Shown in pieces: positions 58,501 to 64,000 of a DNA stretch of 64,000 nucleotides. Below the pieces are notes generated by a model. It saw only the letters and a program-made list of their open reading frames with translations. It searched no databases and had not been told where the DNA came from. Position numbers and translations under genes: made by a program. The stretch is from a virus. Taxonomy: Duplodnaviria > Caudoviricetes. The stretch covers positions 1-64,000 of IMG/VR virus record IMGVR_UViG_3300032233_001500, one strand, 5' to 3'. Position 1 is the stretch's first letter. Each line of letters begins with the position of its first letter.

Positions 58501-61500
58501 ATCCAAATCCAGAACCAATGAGAGTTATATTTGAGATTGTACCCGCAGCGGATACTGTTACCGTTGCAGCTGCACCAATTAATGGTTGATATCCAAATCC
58601 TGTGTTAACGGATACTTTTGAAATTTTACCTCCTTTTGGAGCACCAGAAATAAATTTAATAATATTCTGAGCCGATCCTTCTATAATATAATCGGAACCA
58701 GGAACTTGAAGTATATTATTAATTAGTATAATGGGATTATTATTAATTTCTGTTGGCGAATTTACACCGTTATAAAGAGTTTGTGTTGTGGATCCATTTG
58801 AAAATAGTGTAAATTCAGTAGAAGCTGTTCCAGTAAAAGCTAGAGATATATCATCTAAAATAATATTTTTATCTAGAGGTTGAGAAGCATTTAATTGTCT
58901 TGAGAATACTCTACCAGAAAAACTGGATGAAGTTTCCATTCCGACTGGACCTATAGGTCCATATGGAGGAGTAGTGAAATAAATTACATCTCCCAAGATA
59001 TTATAGTTACCTCCCATAACTGTGCAAGAAGAGGATACGATATGTGTTCCTGCTAATGTGCCTAATGATCCTCTATCAACTTCAACAGCATTTGAAGAAG
59101 AAATTCCAATAGTTTTTACCGTCAAATATTCATTGTCAATATTAATGATATCATTAGATCTCAATGAAGATATTCCAGATGAGATATTAATTATTGTAGT
59201 TGAAGCGCTAGAAACTGAAGAAGCTAAAGAAACATTTAATGATTTTCTATAAAGAGGAGATTGAATAATTCCATCTATAGATATCAAAGTACTTGCATTG
59301 GAGTTTTTGTACTCGAAAGAATGATATCCAGTGCCAAGACCAGAAAGTGGTAGAAATATACTTGTGGATAACCCAGATACTTTAAATTCATTATCATTTA
59401 ATTTATATACAAACAAACTTGTTGGCAATATTTTAGTACCTAGTTCCAAAGGAGAAACTTTAATAGTATCTGTTGGAGAAGATCCCCCAATGTATGTTCC
59501 AGAAATTGAAACCACTGACGTAGTTGCATATCCAGAACCACCAGTTACCACAGAAACATCTGATATAAATCCATTACTATCTCTGGAAATATTGAATATT
59601 GCTCCACCAGAACCAGATTCGGGAACATTTGAATATGATCCATTTGCTTGACTTGGAATTTGGGTTGGAGCTGTAGATGATACTTTAAAAGATAACGTAT
59701 TTGTCGGATTAGTTCCACCCAAATAAGTACCAGCTATGGAAACCGTATCTCCAACTGCAAAATTAGATCCACCATTGAGAAGAACAATGGAGGTTGATAT
59801 AGGTTGTCCAGTTGTTATTGAGTAAGAAATTAAAACATTAAATGTAGCTATTCCAACTCCATTTGTTCCATTTACAGAAGGATAAAGTTTAAAAGATGGT
59901 CCAACCGGAGATAAAGTAGTTGATATACCAGTTATTGACGTAGAAATGGAAACACTGTAACCATTTTCAAAAATAGCCGTACCTTTGTAATTAGAAACAC
60001 TGATTAGAGTTGAAGTTATACCAGTTACATATGATGTAGTTGCTATTCCAATTGGACTTCCATTTCCATAATTATAAATTAATTCCTGACCTGTCTGATA
60101 GTTATGATTTGGAATTGTAAACTTGTTGTTTATAATATCAATCTTACTGGATGAAGATGCATCAAATGTATGTTTGAATAAGGAAGTACCTTTATTAGTC
60201 AATTTAAACGTAGATAATCCTACTACTATGCCTCCCTCAGATAATGATGGATATGTAATTATTGGTGCATAACTTGTACCAAGTCCGATTATTGTGGTAA
60301 TAATTCCAACATAATTACTAATTGATGTCCTAACATCAGCACAATCGGTAGTACCATAACTTTCTGTTGGAATTGCAGAAAGGCTTCCAGTCAAAATGGC
60401 AGTTGTGAGTATTCCAACTAGATTTGATACGTTAGTTTGTACATTTGAACAAGATGATGGCGAAGTATTAAATCCAGTTATAGGATCTGGAACAATTGTC
60501 AAATCTTTTACATTTAATTGATTAGTAAGAGCTTGATTAATGTAATCCCTTGCAGATTTAAATGCATAGACAGATTGTAATTCTTCACCAACTAAACCAC
60601 TTGTTAAAGCTACTCCAGCACCAGTGAAATATTTTTTGGTTGCATAGATGATATGTTGATTTGAACCAAAAGCAACATCCTCTGCGATAGAGTCAACAAT
60701 ATAACCTAGGTCTCGGTAACACTTATTTCCACCCGTTGTATAAGTCCCTACGTTAACTGATGGAAGTCCAGTAGTAGATCCTACACTAATGACAGATGTG
60801 ACTATTCCAACTAAAGTTGAAATGGTATTTTGTACGTCTGTACAAGCAGAGGTATTTGTATTAGCGATATTTCCACCACCACCTGCATATGTTGAAGGTC
60901 CAACGGAAACAGTAAGATCTTTAATTGTGAGATTGTTGGTAATTGCCAACTTCATTAAGTTTCTTGCTTGTGTAAAAGCATAGATGGATTGAGTTTCCTC
61001 ACCTACCAATCCATTAGAAATAGGTACTCCATTATTAAAATATTGAAGAACAAATTGTCTAGAATAATTATTACCGCCAGTAAATATGTCGGTAGAAACT
61101 GCATCAATAAAATATCCAAGATCTCTCTTACATTTTGACTGAGTAGTTGATATTCCAGTGTACACTCCAACTGTATTTGACCAAGAAGTGTTAATGATTT
61201 CAGTTTTATTTTGTTGAATTAGACGGTATGCATCATAATATCTTGATCTAGAGTTTGTTTGAAGATCGCCTGGGAAATAAAAATCGGAAAATCCAATAGC
61301 AACAGAAGCTAAAGATTTATCTAAAATTTCACGACGATTTGCAACTATTAGATTTCTTGCGTCCTTGTAACGATAAAGATTAATATTTAATGGATCTTGG
61401 ATCAAACTTAGATTGAATTGTTGCGAAACAGATGTTTGATAAAGAGTAGGTGGAGTTTGATTATTGACAATATATTGTGCAAGAAATCTTACATAATTAT

Positions 61501-64000
61501 ATGCGAACAGAGTTTGCTCACTTTCATTTGCAACATAAGATATTCCAGCATTCCAATAAGCTAGACCGGCTTCGACTGATTTATCATTAGAATTATATTT
61601 AATGTCGTGCGATAGTGCATCCACAATATATCCAACGTCTCTTTTGCAAGTAGTTGCACTATATGTTGTGCTCAATCCAATAGTTGGGTAATTATATTCT
61701 ACAAATGCAACTACTTCCTCTTTTATAAATTCTTTATTTAAATCAATCAAATTAGAAGCATCCAAAAATCTTCCGATTAAATTAGAATCGGAAGAACCAG
61801 TAAACTGATTACTAATATCATCAATATTTACTGTTTTATTTGTTTTATTTAAAACATATGAAAGTAGAGGAATCGAGCTATAAAGATATACTTTTTCGAT
61901 AGAATCATCTGGCAATAACTCATCTTCATAAACTTCTGCAAAATTATTTCTAGTTAACATTGAATTTTCATTGTCAATATTAACAATAGTTGATGAACTA
62001 TTTGCATTCAAATTAATTTTCATACTGGTAGATTTTCCACTACCGACTTCATTTTGAGATGGTTTGGAATAAATTATCAAATCCGAAAATTCTTTAAATC
62101 CAGATGGATGAATAATAGATCTTACAGATTCTCTCCAAGTATCATAAGGTATCTCGCCTTTAACTGAATATGCAAATTTTTGATAATAGAAGTTATCAGA
62201 TAATCTTTGTTGGAAGTCATTTAAAATACCAACCGAATTGTCAAGTAATCCAATTTTATCTCTAGAAACTCCCAGAGTAGCATTTAAATTAAAAACATTA
62301 AGAAACTCAATGGTTCCTTTTATATTTGAACGTTCTCCAACTAAAATGTCACCAGTAGTAAGGATGCCAACAGAATCATTAACACGCAATAGATTCAAAT
62401 TATTATCCCAACCATTTTCCATTACAAATGCACTAAATTTTTGATTTGTAGAGTAAACTTTCTCTTTAGATAAGTAACTTACATTGTCATTCAAAATCAT
62501 TTCAAATGATGCAACATCATTTTTATTAACTACTGTCCCATAATTGAAAGTGGAGTCATATGTTCCAAATGTTGACGTGTTAATTCCAGATATATCGTAT
62601 GTAACCGTATTGTTATACGCACTGATATCAACAACAGTAAAATAACTGTAATCATAGTCGGCAGAATTGAAATTAAGATAATTATTGGAGATAGAATCTG
62701 ATGTCAATCTACAATTTTCGATAAAAATTTTGTCTCCAACAGCAAAAGGAAAATTAAATGCTGTCAAACCAAATCCACTAGATATGAATTTATCTTCTAC
62801 AAGTTCTAATATACAAGTGTTTGTAAGTAAATTTACTGTGATATTGAAAATTTCGTATCCATTTGAATTTCTAGTTGGAAGTATTTCCAAAGGTCCACTT
62901 AAACCGGTTACATTTTTATCAACATTTACATTGACTACAGAACCACCAGAGATTGAACAGGACAATTGAATTTCTGGATAATCTTTTACAACTAGTACTG
63001 GATTTGAATTATATCTATTACCACCAGTAATAATTCCAATATAATCTATAGTTCTTATATCTTTAAGTGCAATTATACCTGGAGTGGCGAGAGTGGGCGA
63101 AAGAGTTGGGTCAGTGGGATAATCAAATCCATCTTTTATTCGTTCTAAAGTTTTGACTTTTCCAACACTATTAGATAATACTTTTACAACAGCATTTTTA
63201 CCTCTAACTGTTTCTATAGAAGTTACATAAGGTAATTTTGTATATCCTTTACCTGCATAATTAACTTTTAATCTTTTAATGCCCCCAAAAGCATTAAAAG
63301 ATTTAGTAGAATACGTAAAGTTGGATAAAGATAAGTTATAAGTTTCATCATATGACAGGGATTTATTATTTTGTATTGAAAATGTCGTATCGCCCAATAC
63401 CGTAACTACATAAGTATCATTTAATGAATTTTGTTTAGTTGAAATTTTATTAGCACCAATAACTAAATTATCGGAAGAAATTTGATTCTTTTCTGTTCCA
63501 ACCAATCCTTTTGTTAATAAATTATAATAAAAACTAGTTGGAAGATGTGAATTGGAAAAATCTATAGTAACATATGCATTAGTATTACCCGGTAATATAG
63601 TCCCCCTATCTATTGCAAATCCATCATCAACAGTCCCTACTATCTCAATTCTCTTCGCAAAATTATTGTCATAGAAAAATTCCAAATTCATATTCAATAA
63701 ACTTGAATCTGAAAGATCAAAATTTACTATATTTCCTTGGAATATTTTTATGGGAGGATTTATGAAATATAAACTTTGATTACTCCCACCAGTTGAAGTT
63801 AAATTAATGTAATTTGAAATTTTAATGTCAGAGTAATTGTTACACAATTTTATATACTTGTCACTAATTTTTAATACATAATAAACTCCATAATTAGTTA
63901 ATCCACCAATTGGATTACTAGAAATATAAACTACTTTATCACCCGTTTTTATTTCATAGAGATAATTTGAAATATCGATCTGATCATTGCTCACCGAAAC
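55541..64000 (-). CDS. gp7: Giant baseplate wedge initiator, gp7-like (5' end lies beyond the right edge)
   Basis: The frame is open to base 64000, so the track's start at 63994 is an internal GTG. Contains QRLSDNFYYQKFAYSVKGEIPYDTWRESVRSIIHPSGFKEF, a typical gp7-type motif. Immediately upstream of gp8. Confidence 0.8.
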   Translation of the reverse strand, partial: VSVSNDQIDISNYLYEIKTGDKVVYISSNPIGGLTNYGVYYVLKISDKYIKLCNNYSDIKISNYINLTSTGGSNQSLYFINPPIKIFQGNIVNFDLSDSSLLNMNLEFFYDNNFAKRIEIVGTVDDGFAIDRGTILPGNTNAYVTIDFSNSHLPTSFYYNLLTKGLVGTEKNQISSDNLVIGANKISTKQNSLNDTYVVTVLGDTTFSIQNNKSLSYDETYNLSLSNFTYSTKSFNAFGGIKRLKVNYAGKGYTKLPYVTSIETVRGKNAVVKVLSNSVGKVKTLERIKDGFDYPTDPTLSPTLATPGIIALKDIRTIDYIGIITGGNRYNSNPVLVVKDYPEIQLSCSISGGSVVNVNVDKNVTGLSGPLEILPTRNSNGYEIFNITVNLLTNTCILELVEDKFISSGFGLTAFNFPFAVGDKIFIENCRLTSDSISNNYLNFNSADYDYSYFTVVDISAYNNTVTYDISGINTSTFGTYDSTFNYGTVVNKNDVASFEMILNDNVSYLSKEKVYSTNQKFSAFVMENGWDNNLNLLRVNDSVGILTTGDILVGERSNIKGTIEFLNVFNLNATLGVSRDKIGLLDNSVGILNDFQQRLSDNFYYQKFAYSVKGEIPYDTWRESVRSIIHPSGFKEFSDLIIYSKPSQNEVGSGKSTSMKINLNANSSSTIVNIDNENSMLTRNNFAEVYEDELLPDDSIEKVYLYSSIPLLSYVLNKTNKTVNIDDISNQFTGSSDSNLIGRFLDASNLIDLNKEFIKEEVVAFVEYNYPTIGLSTTYSATTCKRDVGYIVDALSHDIKYNSNDKSVEAGLAYWNAGISYVANESEQTLFAYNYVRFLAQYIVNNQTPPTLYQTSVSQQFNLSLIQDPLNINLYRYKDARNLIVANRREILDKSLASVAIGFSDFYFPGDLQTNSRSRYYDAYRLIQQNKTEIINTSWSNTVGVYTGISTTQSKCKRDLGYFIDAVSTDIFTGGNNYSRQFVLQYFNNGVPISNGLVGEETQSIYAFTQARNLMKLAITNNLTIKDLTVSVGPSTYAGGGGNIANTNTSACTDVQNTISTLVGIVTSVISVGSTTGLPSVNVGTYTTGGNKCYRDLGYIVDSIAEDVAFGSNQHIIYATKKYFTGAGVALTSGLVGEELQSVYAFKSARDYINQALTNQLNVKDLTIVPDPITGFNTSPSSCSNVQTNVSNLVGILTTAILTGSLSAIPTESYGTTDCADVRTSISNYVGIITTIIGLGTSYAPIITYPSLSEGGIVVGLSTFKLTNKGTSLFKHTFDASSSSKIDIINNKFTIPNHNYQTGQELIYNYGNGSPIGIATTSYVTGITSTLISVSNYKGTAIFENGYSVSISTSITGISTTLSPVGPSFKLYPSVNGTNGVGIATFNVLISYSITTGQPISTSIVLLNGGSNFAVGDTVSIAGTYLGGTNPTNTLSFKVSSTAPTQIPSQANGSYSNVPESGSGGAIFNISRDSNGFISDVSVVTGGSGYATTSVVSISGTYIGGSSPTDTIKVSPLELGTKILPTSLFVYKLNDNEFKVSGLSTSIFLPLSGLGTGYHSFEYKNSNASTLISIDGIIQSPLYRKSLNVSLASSVSSASTTIINISSGISSLRSNDIINIDNEYLTVKTIGISSSNAVEVDRGSLGTLAGTHIVSSSCTVMGGNYNILGDVIYFTTPPYGPIGPVGMETSSSFSGRVFSRQLNASQPLDKNIILDDISLAFTGTASTEFTLFSNGSTTQTLYNGVNSPTEINNNPIILINNILQVPGSDYIIEGSAQNIIKFISGAPKGGKISKVSVNTGFGYQPLIGAAATVTVSAAGTISNITLIGSGFGYGSIPSINVISPIGSGASITAIVGTSGTITGLTIVNPGSGYTTTSVPDVVIGIPTSYSNIGVSYTGASGVGQGAKISVSVGQGSSVIGFYIDDPGTGYKSGDTLYAPGITTNPSVGAAFSTFTLTVQEVETDKFSGFYLGQFLIFENISNQFDGGKRKFDLNVNIDGVIQPLGLKTLDGSDLDISNNFIIFVNDILQVPNYAYSIQGTRIVFTEAPKPNSSCTILYYRGSSLDVVLVDPPQLIKVGDEIVIGKNITNVYDTDQLGRVIKNLTTADSFKTFPYSSVGINTDNTDIRPLSYKKQTNDKVINGVLYSKERPTLKSTIKPTATLIKPVTPTDIQVYVDNAYPIFTDVDGLGEDLCEILITENKDIDGAYGLSVVSSASTVYNPIITYPGVGYAYTSSPKIVFSKSYIKRKDPIYNWQYSNGIPTTYQINAISYSNLFVGVGNSSALVTSIDGQNWISSSLGYGSTINFNAITSVGLGTTSMLVSVGSSAFVTKSTGYSSTISSWSQIPLYEEIILPGLGPIGKNLTSYNGTLTDVAYGNSYDTFVTVGTGGSIFAGMGIGTDYFRSRYSQTLNDLNSVDFSSTQTSGYFVAVGKYGTVLTSSNGLIWDIEQSFTGSDLNKVVYVNNKFIIVGNSGVVAISSSKSTYTLITTNVSVNFTTIDYTDGLYVAITSTGDLYYSFDLSNWIYRSTNQLNLIKDVISLPSLGYDGTYVFVGYGGTCVLSTPVYHQATGTAFVSGGIVTSIVMTDGGFGYDQNSPPPFIIEQDVFKKETIKSIKAKGDFGTIIGVTTFVTGTPGIGTTTPKIEFVLKSEYYDNGLGIGYSSLNSFGVLYPQMQVGDYFIIKDSNVAVGHALTGITTTLGGMSNYPNSKVGTAVSFIDGVYKVESVTSGNAVLGIVTVTCNFAPKSSTENYVQVYARGSNNTGINTSGFYGRYSWGVIYDYQNRSLGIPQSFSVYNDGGLSGITTSPKVIRTKGLLSN

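Noticed and set aside
1-64000. tRNA genes, stop-codon reassignment, photosystem genes
   Set aside because: Intergenic gaps are too short and show no cloverleaf. Multi-kilobase ORFs are intact in the standard code and TAA, TAG and TGA all end genes. No psbA/hli-like ORF is present in this window.

Overview
A 64-kb piece of a large AT-rich T4-like myovirus genome, most likely a cyanomyovirus (Kyanoviridae-like). Every supportable gene is on the minus strand. In transcription order (right to left) the window holds: a 5'-truncated giant gp7-like baseplate protein, gp8, a 2503-aa DUF4815/VrlC-type virion protein, several small virion proteins, a 1083-aa Ser/Gly repeat protein and a 3256-aa tail fibre with an S74 chaperone. 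Then come gp13-gp14-gp15-gp16, a 675-aa modular protein, an NblA-like ORF, gp17-gp18-gp19-gp20, a small prohead core protein, a 1483-aa coiled-coil/fibre chimera, gp21-gp22-gp23-gp3, uvsY-uvsW, gp55, gp47-gp46, a metallopeptidase-vWA protein, and an internal-head-type ORF running off the left edge. Two real ORFs are missing from the supplied track (1..504 and 17776..17940). T4-type late promoters ((T/A/C)TAAATA) precede most structural genes and often overlap the upstream stop codon. The most interesting signals are: (1) overlapping back-to-back sigma70 promoters at gp55, one pointing antisense into a region with no ORF; (2) a hairpin before gp13 that could act as terminator, RBS sequester and late promoter at once; (3) an nblA-like gene next to the terminase; (4) a putative gp21-processed polyprotein; (5) a Cys-containing helical module shared by the baseplate and tail-fibre giants. 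I found no tRNA, CRISPR array, intron, intein or reverse transcriptase. All family assignments come from motif recognition by eye, not database searches.
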